From the NCBI GenBank assembly GCA_010909165.1, contig MU008169.1, forward strand, positions 1,302,001 through 1,366,000: 64,000 nucleotides of DNA. The letters are read 5' to 3'. Each line of letters begins with the position of its first letter. Position 1 is the first letter of the stretch. The stretch comes from Anthoceros angustus (taxonomy: Eukaryota > Plantae > Anthocerotophyta). Shown in pieces: positions 47,270 through 57,897 of the stretch. Both the position numbers and the translations under genes were made by a program. The notes beneath the pieces are model-generated. The model saw nothing but the letters and a program-made list of their open reading frames with translations. It did no database searches and was not told the DNA's origin.

Positions 47270-47388
47270 CTTCCCGCAACGCGCTGTTTTGCCACACTGA
47301 AACGCCCACAAAACGCACACAAAACGCCCACCAAAATAACAGAAAACGAACAACGAACGAAGCGTGGGACTAGGAGGGAAGTGCCACA

Positions 47389-47444
47389 GGCTTGTGGCTT
47401 GTGGCTTGTGGCTTGTGGCTTGTGGCTTGTGGCTTGTGGCTTCT
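47389..47444. repeat. (GGCTTGT)7 heptamer microsatellite upstream of STIG1-A
   Basis: Seven perfect copies plus one variant. Confidence 0.9.
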
Positions 47445-47812
47445 GGCCCGAACGGGAAACGGGACCTCCTTATGAGCCCCTTCGGTGCCCAACAATTATT
47501 GCCTCCAATATTCCGCTTTCACCCTTTCCCCCTTTCCCCCTTTACAGACACATTTCCTGCAGGCTCCACATGCGCCTGGATCAGGCATCTCCAAGCTCCT
47601 ACACCTAAAGCACGGTTTTGTATCATCTTTATTCATATATTCGTTTTATTGTTCCCTTAAGTCCATAAAAGCTACGCTTTAGGTTCTATCATACCCACAT
47701 GTGTTTTCCGCCTTGTTTGTAGCTTCTCGTGTTCTTTGGCTTCTTCTGCCTATATACGACACTTTGTCTTTTATGTTCACACTGTCACTATCTTCCGTGA
47801 TTCAAAAGCGAC

Positions 47813-49677
47813 AACTTTCTTCACCTCTCACGAATACTAATATATTATATATTATCCAATAACTTAAATATTTTTTTTAATTTCATACGTCAGACAATAT
47901 TTCTTCACCTCTCACATATATTAACATATTTTATATTATCTAATATTTAAATAAAATATTTAATTTCCTATTTCGCGTGAATAGAATGATAAGACAAAAT
48001 AATAACAAAAGAGGCCACAAGTTGAAGAGTTGTCTAAGAGATAATAATCCACTTGGGGGTTGCACCAAGGGGTCGCACCAAGGTAAAACTAGACCAAGAT
48101 TCGAACTTGATACCTGCATAGATGCACTCCAACGATTAAGCTATTATGACCAAAACTCGACCTTGAAATTTGCATAGATGCACTCCAACACTCAAGCCAC
48201 TAGGACCAAGACTCTAACTGAGATTTGCATAGTTGTAAATAGATAGACTTCAACACTCAAGCCACTAGTACTCCAACAGTCAAGCCACTAGGACCAAGAC
48301 TCGATCCTGAAATTTGCATAGACGTACTCCAACACTCAAACCACTAGGAGCAAGACTTGAATTGTGATTTGCATAGATGTAAATAGATGTACCCCAACAT
48401 TCAAGCCACTAGAGCATTTTTCTTTGACGTATGCGTACATATTTCAATTTGAACTATAATAGAGAATAACTAAATTTTAAAAAAATATTATTTAAAGAAG
48501 CTCCCAACTAAAAACGTTAACCCATGCCTTTGATGGAATCTAAAGTCTTCATCTACACCTAAACATCGAGAATTATTAATTTTAATGGTGAGATTTTATC
48601 ATATCTTAATTGAATGTTATTATATTTATCTTAATAACAATCTAATTTAATAATATATCAATTATGATTCCATTTTTAATCCTCGGTCTTGTTTAATGTC
48701 AACTGGGCCCTTTTTCAAAAATTGTAGCATCTGTGTTAGCGTGATTGGTCGAACTTTCTTCACCTCTCACGAATACTAATATATTATATATTATCCAATA
48801 ACTTAAATATTTTTTTTAATTTCATCGACAATATTTCTTCACCTCTCACATATATTAACATATTTATATTATCTAATATTTAAAATAAAATATTTAATTT
48901 CCTATTCGTGAATAGAATGATAAGACAAAATAATAACAAAAGAGGCCACAAGTTGAAGAGTTGTCTAAGAGATAATAATCCACTTGGGGTTGCACCAAGG
49001 GTCGCACCAAGGTAAAACTAGACCAAGATTCGAACTTGATACCTGCATAGATGCACTCCAACGATTAAGCTATTATGACCAAAACTCGACCTTGAAATTT
49101 GCATAGATGCACTCCAACACTCAAGCCACTAGGACCAAGACTCTAAGCGAGATTTGCATAGTTGTAAATAGATAGACTTCAACACTCAAGCCACTAGTAC
49201 TCCAACAAGCCACTAGGACCAAGACTCGATCCGAAATTTGCATGACGTGCTCCAACACTCAAACCACTAGGAGCAAGACTTGAATTGTGATTTGCATAGA
49301 TGTAAATAGATGTACCCCAACATTCAAGCCACTAGAGCATTTTTCTTTGACGTATGCGTACATATTTCAATTTGAACTATAATAGAGAATAACTAAATTT
49401 TAAAAAAATATTATTTAAAGAAGCTCCCAACTAAAAACGTTAACCCATGCCTTTGATGGAATCTAAAGTCTTCATCTACACCTAAACATCGAGAATTATT
49501 AATTTTAATGGTGAGATTTTATCATATCTTAATTGAATGTTATTATATTTATCTTAATAACAATCTAATTTAATAATATATCAATTATGATTCCATTTTT
49601 AATCCTCGGTCTTGTTTAATGTCAACTGGGCCCTTTTTCAAAAATTGTAGCATCTGTGTTAGCGTGATTGGTCGAAC
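47813..49677. repeat. ~930-bp near-identical tandem duplication of AT-rich DNA
   Basis: Copies at 47813-48751 and 48752-49677; each contains ~40-bp subrepeats (CACTCCAACACTCAAGCCACTAGGACCAAGACTC). Confidence 0.93.
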
Positions 49678-50789
49678 CTGTTTGCTGCATCCCAACCTTA
49701 AACATGCCTAATGATAGGCAAGGAGAAGTATTCGACCGTGAAGTACCCCATCCTTCTCTTTGCGTTCACTGATTTTAATTACTTATTTATTTTAATGGTA
49801 ATAGGTGTACCGATTGGTGAAAAGATAAGTAGGTTATGCTAACAAACGATAAGTATCTTGTGAATCGCTTTTGATTCAGGTACTCACGGCATGAGGTTCT
49901 TTTATGAAAAATGCTGGATACGTACTTCCATGGTTTCAGAGCTCTCGTTCCGGAGTGGTCACCTATTGATTCTGGAAAAATGGAGGAGTACCTAGCAATG
50001 GGGGAAATGTTGAAAGCGAGTTGGTCTAAGCATGTTTTTTGTGTTTATATTTGTATTTTTATTCCCTTTAGTCTATGAAAGTTATGCTTTAGACTGCTAC
50101 ACACTCACGTATATTTCACCTTTTCCGTAGCTTCCGATGTCCTTTGGCTTCTTTTATATTCATATAAGACAATGTCTATATTACGTTCACATTGTCACTT
50201 TCTTCCGTTATTAAAAAACGACATGTTTCTTTCCCTCTTCACGAATGATATTATCAGATAAATCAAATAAATTACTTAAAAATATAGGTAAAATAATAAG
50301 ATAAGATAAAATAATACAACCTATAAGATAAGACATTATAATGACAAAAGACATAACAAGTTAAAATAACCTTGTGAAAGATGATAAACCACATACAATA
50401 TATATACATACAATATAAATAATAAACCACATAAGTTAATTTATTAATATTTATATAATATAAGTTTAAAAATAATAACTCCACACATTAAGTATAGTAT
50501 ACTACAGTAGAGAGAGAGTGGCATGATGATCTCAACGTTCCAGCCAAGGTTTCATACCTATCAACTCTCCACGGCAGACGTAATTGATTCATATATGACT
50601 TCGTTAGCGAAGCCTTAGCTATGGAGTCTACCATCCAACACACTTGGTGGAATTGTGCGGAGAATGTGTGTGGTCGATGTACTGCTGTGGATTTGGAGCA
50701 GTCCATGTCTCGCCATGCGCCATGGACGTCAGGTGTGCATGAGGGGGAGATGGACGAGCAGACGATGAGGAATGCACGATGAGATTAGT

Positions 50790-51263
50790 CTAGGCCGAGG
50801 GGCCGTTGTAGTTGCAGAGACCAAGGAAGCAGGTCTCGTTCTTCTTGCACTTGTTGCCGCACCTTCCGCAATTGTTGAAGTCGATCTTGAGGTTGACGGC
50901 CACTCCGTTGCAGCAAGAGAGACGCTTGTTGAGCACCCTCCCGCATCTGCCGCAGTTGTACTTGTCGGTCTTGAGGTTGGTGCAGAATTTCTTGCAGCAG
51001 GTAGGGCCCCGGGAGCTGAATCTGCACACCGCCGGGTTCCTGCCGCAGTAGCCGAAGCCCTGCATCGCCCGCCTCCACGGCCTGGTGGAATTGTTTGCGG
51101 GAATGGAAATGTGCTCGGCCGTGCCGTGGCCGATGTCGAGATCGATCGCCGTCTCCACGTCGCCGCCGGAGCCGTCGACCGGTGCCTGCAGAAGCGCAGC
51201 GGATGCCCGCGCCGCCAGCGCGAGCAGGAGCAGGAGCAGGAGAGGTGCCAAGGTGACGGCCAT
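50790..51263 (-). CDS. STIG1: STIG1-family secreted cysteine-rich protein (copy B, basic)
   Basis: Signal peptide MAVTLAPLLLLLLLALAARASA; CCKKFCTNLKTDKYNCGRCG...CCNG...DFNNCGRCGNKC...CFLGLCNY. Confidence 0.9.
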   Translation of the reverse strand: MAVTLAPLLLLLLLALAARASAALLQAPVDGSGGDVETAIDLDIGHGTAEHISIPANNSTRPWRRAMQGFGYCGRNPAVCRFSSRGPTCCKKFCTNLKTDKYNCGRCGRVLNKRLSCCNGVAVNLKIDFNNCGRCGNKCKKNETCFLGLCNYNGPSA

Positions 51264-52954
51264 GGCTGAAATGCGGACGTGTCCACCGGCCGAGCAGCTC
51301 TGCGAAAGAGAAAATCGAACCCAACTGCTCGGAATTGCAGGAACTGAAGTCGATGGTAGAGCTGGAGCAGAGTCCGGGTTCAGAAGATTGGCAGGCTTGA
51401 GAAGGGAAGATCGATGGAGGAAGATATCTGCTCTTGCGAGCTGCTGGAAGGAGAGTAGCACCCGTGACAACGCGCACTTGTGCGTTTGAAAAGACGGCTT
51501 TGATGTTCTCGGTAGAGGATGCTCCTTAAATACCCTGCGTCTGATAGATACCCGCCTGGTAAGTGGTACCATGCGCTCCAACCATGCGGAGTTTCCTCTC
51601 CTGCATCTCCACAGTCCTGGAACTTGGAATAACAAATTTCTCGATTGTCGCGCAGGTATTCCCGCCTGCAATACCTGTCACAACGTGCAATATCCAAGGG
51701 TAAGTAACAACCCCTGTGCTCTTCCCCCCTTAGTCATGTGATTTGAGAAGCTTCTAATTGCTGCAGTCAGAGGATCCGGATGACCTTTACAGTGAATGCT
51801 ACGTACGCTGACTGGGCCTCGCAAGGACTTTGGTAACAAGAATCGCACCTTCGTCACAGGCGGTATTGCAGCTAAACATCGTTGTCGATGTGAAACCTTG
51901 AACAACAATACCTGTCACTTAAGACATGTATGGAGCTTCAGCAATTCCTGTCACTCTAGACATGGAGCTTAGTTTTGGAGCGTAGTTGCTCCTTATTGTC
52001 ACGATATGGGTCTACCTGACCTCCCATGTTTATGGTCGATGGGCTCACCCCATCTCTCAATAATAAAGTACATCCTCATTCCGGTGCCGGTGTTAACACA
52101 GATATCTCAATCACCAGCCGCGGGCATATGGATGTTCACAAACCTCAGACACTTTTTCAGTTGATATCTGTGGCAGCAAAGAAGGGGGGATTCGGTAATG
52201 GGACATTCAAAGCTGGTAAAGTTCTTGAAATACTTACTGTGTGTAGCAAGCTCGTTTCCATATGCATGCCTGAAATGTAGGAGTCAGGACTGCCAAGCGC
52301 GTTTTCAAATGCTGCCAGAAATTCATGACACTGCTGGCACCTCCTGAATGGTTACAATTTGATGCCAAGAGACTAATGAACTCAGGAGCAAAAGATACCA
52401 ATGTCTGCTCAGATTCTTCATTTGCTCGATGGTCGAGCCCTTGAGCTCGCAGCAGGTGACTGGCAGGAGCTTGGTATCACCGCTTGGTTGAATCGGTCCA
52501 TAGCTCCACCCTAGAGAGCCTTCTTCGGCTCGCTTCCTTCTGAAGCTGCGGTGCCGTTCACGTGGGACCTGCTAACCAGCCATTCTGCGGATCCCAGGCT
52601 CCCTCACATGGCGGAGCATGCAGGTCCTTTCCAGTCGTGAATACCGGTGGCATAATGTCTGTCCGTGGGAGATGCCGTCTGTCTGCTCGCTTGGAAAGAA
52701 GCGGAAGCCGTGCACCTTGGGCCGACCATTGCTTCTAGGGTTTCGCGCTCCAGTCGCAGCAATGCATGTACGCTGTCTCGCAGAGATTCAGGAGAGCACG
52801 AAAACAGGAGACAGATATTTCGTCAGCTAGGTCTGTGTCGGAAGTCGCAGATATGCATCGTTGAGCTCTTTCTAACGGTTTGAGTGGGTGGTCTCGTGCG
52901 GAAGAACTCATCCCTCTTCGGACACATGCTATAGCATAAAAATCTGCACCTCTG

Positions 52955-55087
52955 CTATGCTTGGGATCTGAACAAATCGAGGCCACGCAGAGCGTTGCGT
53001 GCTGCTCGCAGTGTGGCCATGTCTTTACAGAATGCAATTCTCACATATCTGTGAGCGTAAGCCATGGTTGTATTGACGAGCTCGTGCCTGCTCGAGCTTG
53101 ACTGCATTGATGCCTTGGTCTCGCTGGTACGATCGCTTTTCGCATTGGTGTCGCTGGGACCAATCCTCTGCCCATTCTTGACGTTGCCTGCACGTAGGTG
53201 GAAGAAACCCCGACCAGGCACTATAGCCACCCCGGCATTTTGAATGAGTCGGGCACAGAAAGTGAACTGCCAGGAAACAAGTCCAGGATATCAGCTTATT
53301 GGCAGCCGCGCTAAAGGGAAGCTGAGAAACAAAAAGGAACACCAAACAGGACAGACTTGCGTACATCAGGTAGCCCGCAGCGTTGAGGAAGTTCTGCAAA
53401 CACGAAGAAAGAGCCTTGCGGTTTTAAGAAGCTGCTGAAGCCGAGTTCAGTGAGCATTTCACAAACAAAATCCCGTCGTTGCGTGTAGTCCTGTACGGTA
53501 CTGTCTCATCGCCTTATGAGATGAGAATGCCAAGAAGGCAACGAGATATGCTAACAACGAGAGGGACAGAATGTACCAGCTTCAGCTTTTGATAGAATTC
53601 TGCAGATTGTTGAAGGGCAACCAGGGCTGCTTCCTGGAAGGGGGCTGGGGCAGAATCCGTGAGCTTGACATGAATGTTAGAAATGGCAGCTGAGATCTCT
53701 GCTGGAGCTATTGCCCACCCCACCCGCCAGCCTGCGTCCCATTGTCAAGAGCTGAGCTATCAGCAGCACGAAGTGCGTACACTGGTGAGCTACAAGGCTT
53801 GCAATAGGGTGAGTGCAGACCTGTGACACTAAATGTCTTGGACAAGGAAGAGGTAACAATAGTACGTTCTTGCATTCCTCGAAACGAGGCAAGACTCACA
53901 TGCGTTGCTCCGTCGAATGTAATATGCTCGTACACCTAAGTACACAGAGTGCCAGACTGTTAGTATATGCACATGCTAAACCTTGTGGCTGGTAACTCTC
54001 TTGCAGCACCAAACTTTAAGCTTACTTCATCTGTTATAGCCAAGCAGTCATATTTGCAGCACAGGCTTGCGATTCCTGCCATTTCTGAATGAGAAAAGAC
54101 CTTCCCGGTTGGGTTGTGGGGGCTGCATGTCAACAGGTAGCATCAGCACACAATATGCGGAAGAGGTGTAAGGTGACTGTCCCAGCTTCTTCAAGGTATC
54201 ACAACTAGCCTGTTCACCACAATGGCTTTCGTTCGTGGACTCATAGCATCTTCGAGCTTGCCCAGGTCAAGGGTCCATTCCGGTGGATCGAGTGACACAT
54301 ACACCTGTCCACAAGACGAGCTCAGACCTTTTTACGCATATTACATTCAGAAATGGAGACCAAGACGATGCCGGTGCTTACTGGCTTGCCGCCAGCCATG
54401 ATCACACAAGCTTCATAGGTTTCATACGCTGGATCCAGGAGCAACACCTCATCACCAACGTCCACCACTGTAGCACAACAACAAAGAAAGTGTGAAAAAA
54501 ATGCCAGGACAACCTAGACAGATGAAGTTAAGGCGACGTCAGGCCGTGATCAGCGGAGTTACAAGTAAGGACCAGCAAGTATGGTGGCTGCCATGGCCTC
54601 TGATTGCCCACAGCAGATGGTTATTTGAGATGCAGAGTCCACCCGCACCCCTTGGCTGGCATAGATAGCCTGTGCCACTTTCTCAAGGACACCCTGAACA
54701 TGCCTGAAAACACAGGAAACCTCATCAGAGGAGAACACAAGACAGGTTGCCCCTTGAAATGCTTTGCAGTTGCTTCACGGAACATCCAACCTGTATTGGT
54801 TGTAGTCGGCATTTATAGCAGCTACTGCGGCTTCCTTCACGCCCAAAGGAGCTGGAAAGTCTGGGAATCCTGCAGCAGGTAAAACAACAGGCTGTGATCA
54901 CAGGACTGTCCAGAGGAGGTCCAGCAGCCATGAATGCCATCTGGATTCAGGAAAGCTCACCTTCAGCTAGATTGATGGCATTGCGCTGTTGGGCTAGAAT
55001 GGACAGCTGCTGGATGGGCGAAGGGCCGAAAGCGCGGGATCGCTGAGCCAACCACGTCCGCCCCTGGTCGGTGGGACTCCCGTCCAT
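52955..55087 (-). CDS. Class I/II PLP aminotransferase (kynurenine/methionine aminotransferase-like)
   Basis: AINLAEG|FPDFPAP...INADYNQY, YEHITF, the PLP-lysine motif TSSLSKTFSVTG|WRVGWAIAP, GYLMYA and YVRIAFCKD. Confidence 0.9.
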
Positions 55088-55460
55088 CCCCGCCTTGACC
55101 CAGGACCGGACCGAGCTCTGGTTATAGGAATATGCGGGTGAATGGAAGATAAGAAATGGGGAAGGGGCGGTTAAAAACCAAAACAAGCAAAGCGAGGCCC
55201 AGCTTGGCCAGCCACGTTGCGCGGTCAGTGGACCAGTCTATCCAAAACGAACTGGAACAGTGGAACTTGTGCAGGGAGGTGGGCTGAGAGGAAGTGCTAC
55301 ACCATTTTGGAGGCCGCTATCCCCGAGCCCCAGCACGAGGGGGGGCCGAGGTGGTCGAGCCAGGCTCTGGATTGCACGTCCTCGCTTGTTGGGCAGTTGA
55401 AAGCAGGAGTCAGCCATTCAGGTCAGCCATTCAGTCAGAGTTTCTCCGATCCTGGAGGGG

Positions 55461-57506
55461 ATGGCCATGGCCTGCAGCACCAGCAGCAGCTGCGCAGCAG
55501 CTACGATCACACCAGTGAGATGCTGGAGCTCATCGGCCTCGGCAGTGGGTCGCAGCTGCAAGGCTGTGCAACAGAGAGACTGGGTGAGGCGTGGGCTAGT
55601 GGGAGTTAGAGCGTTGCGGGGAGCTCAGGATTGCGGGGAAGAGCAATGTGGCTCCAGTAAGCAGGTGAATGTGGGTGCTTTGCTGCTTTGGTGACAGTAT
55701 CCTGCATTTTCCTGAAGGCTGTGGATTCCAATAATCTGTGCAGTGGAGAGCTGCTGTGGAATTTCATTCTGAAGATATCTGTTTTGTGCATTTGGTTGTA
55801 TGGTTGTACAGACTGGCAGGATTTTGGATTCGATCGCAAGGGAGGTGCAGAAATGTGCCGTCTGTCTCATGGCAGCTGCGGCTGTTTCCATGCCGCAGAT
55901 GGGCGATTTGCCAGCTCATGCTATGGAAAGGAATCCTGCTTATTCGGAGTTAGGAGTGCTGATTTCAGGACCCCCTGTCAAGGATCCTCGGGCTCTCTTG
56001 AGATATGCATTGCCAATAGAGAACAAGCCCATCAAGGAAGCACAGAAAGCGTTGGAAGGGATTACGGATGCTTTGAAACTACCGGGTGTGAAGGCAATCG
56101 ATCCTGTTGAACGAGTAAGATCGCCAGGTCTATGGTTAAGTTTTATATCTTGATGGCCCACAATGTATGTACATGGCTGATTATGGTGATGCATCGTGGG
56201 CCGCAGGATCTGAGGCAAACGGCCCGGATACTTAATCAAAACAGGGATGCCATTCTAGCTGACGTCTCTGAGGCAAAGAAAGCCCATGCTCAGGAGCTTC
56301 TGGAGAAGATAAGCACAGGTCTCCAAGAGTTTAACAAGATAATTGAAGCTAAGGATAGAGCTGCCATTGCTTCCAAGCAGCAAGAGCTTCTGGATCTTGT
56401 TGGCGAGTAAGTCCTCCTGTGTGAATTTTCTCGTGGCACTCCAGCTTGGTTCAACGTCTTACTGTTTGCTATGTGGTCACTTGAGATTTTCTTCTGCATC
56501 TCATCAAGGATGTCGTTACTGAATGCAGCTGAGATTGGGGCCTTGGATTTCTGCAGTGTAGAGGAGGACATGGTGGCGAAGTTCCCGTTTGAGGTCCCCC
56601 AGGAGTTTGCTGAGAAGCCAATTCTCAAGGGACGTGCCACTGTTGAAATGAAGGTCAAGGTCAACGACAATCCCAACCTTAAGGAAGCTGTTTTCCAGAT
56701 TACCGTAGATGGCTACAATGCACCAGTCACAGCAGGCAACTTCGTGGATTTGGTAGCACGACACTTCTACGATGGAATGGAGATCCAGAGATGTGAGCAT
56801 GGTGTTTCCTGGAGCAGCAGGTGCAGATGCTCCTCCTCCATATTGATGTGGAATGTAGTTCTGACCTAGATATTCGCTGGCTGTCCAGCCGATGGATTTG
56901 TTGTGCAGACAGGAGATCCGGATGGTCCAGCGGAAGGATTTGTGGATCCTAGCACCGGCAAGCTTCGCACCATCCCTCTGGAGATAATGGTGGACGGGGA
57001 ATCAGCACCCATTTATGGAGCAACCCTTGAGGTGAATGGGCTCTCCTCTCCTCCACTCCCGCCTTGTCCTCCGTCTTACACTTAACTTCCACTGTCTAAC
57101 GAAGCCTTGTTCTTCCAACACAGGAACTCGGCCTCTACAAGGCTCGCACGAAGCTTCCATTCAATGCTTTTGGGACAATGGCCATGGCCCGTGAAGTAAG
57201 TTCCTCACGCTTCTTCTTTCCTAGCTTCCACAATGAGTACAAGGCACCAAGGAACTGGGTGTGATCTAACTACAGCACCTTCTGTTGCAGGAGTTTGAGA
57301 ATGACTCTGCATCCAGTCAAATATTCTGGCTTTTGAAAGAGAGTGAGCTCACCCCAAGTGACGCCAACATTCTGGACGGGCGGTACTCCGTTTTCGGCTA
57401 CATCACCCAAAACGAAGATGCTCTGGCAGATCTGAAGGTGGGCGACGTTATTCAGTCAGTCAAAGTGCTATCGGGCCTTGATAACCTGCAAAATCCCACC
57501 TTCTGA
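55461..57506 (+). CDS. CYP38: Thylakoid lumen cyclophilin CYP38/TLP40
   Basis: [79 protein letters not shown] and [30 protein letters not shown]. Confidence 0.95.
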
Positions 57507-57897
57507 TGAAGCTTAGAGTCCTCTGACGCCGTTTCTGAGCCGTTGTGAAAGCTTGAGGCATAGCTGATTTCGACTAGCCTCAGGTTTCGGATGCCTAGTT
57601 CAATGGTTGTCGTCCGAGAAGGTCTTGTACTACCATCCAGGAAAAACACCTTCCCAAACCTCTGGACAATCAATGCAGCTCTTTGCCGCCGTTGTGGAAC
57701 TGGGCATGGTGCACCGGCTCCTTCCCATGACACTCACAAAATGGACAGGGACAGCGTGAGGTTCCTCCTCAGAACATACGCTAAAAGACAAGAGACTGCC
57801 CAACAAAAGCACATGGCTGCCGCCATCACCAAGCCCAGTTCGGAGGCCCACGCAAATGAAATGAAACATGTCCAGGTGCCGTGTGTGGTACATATCG

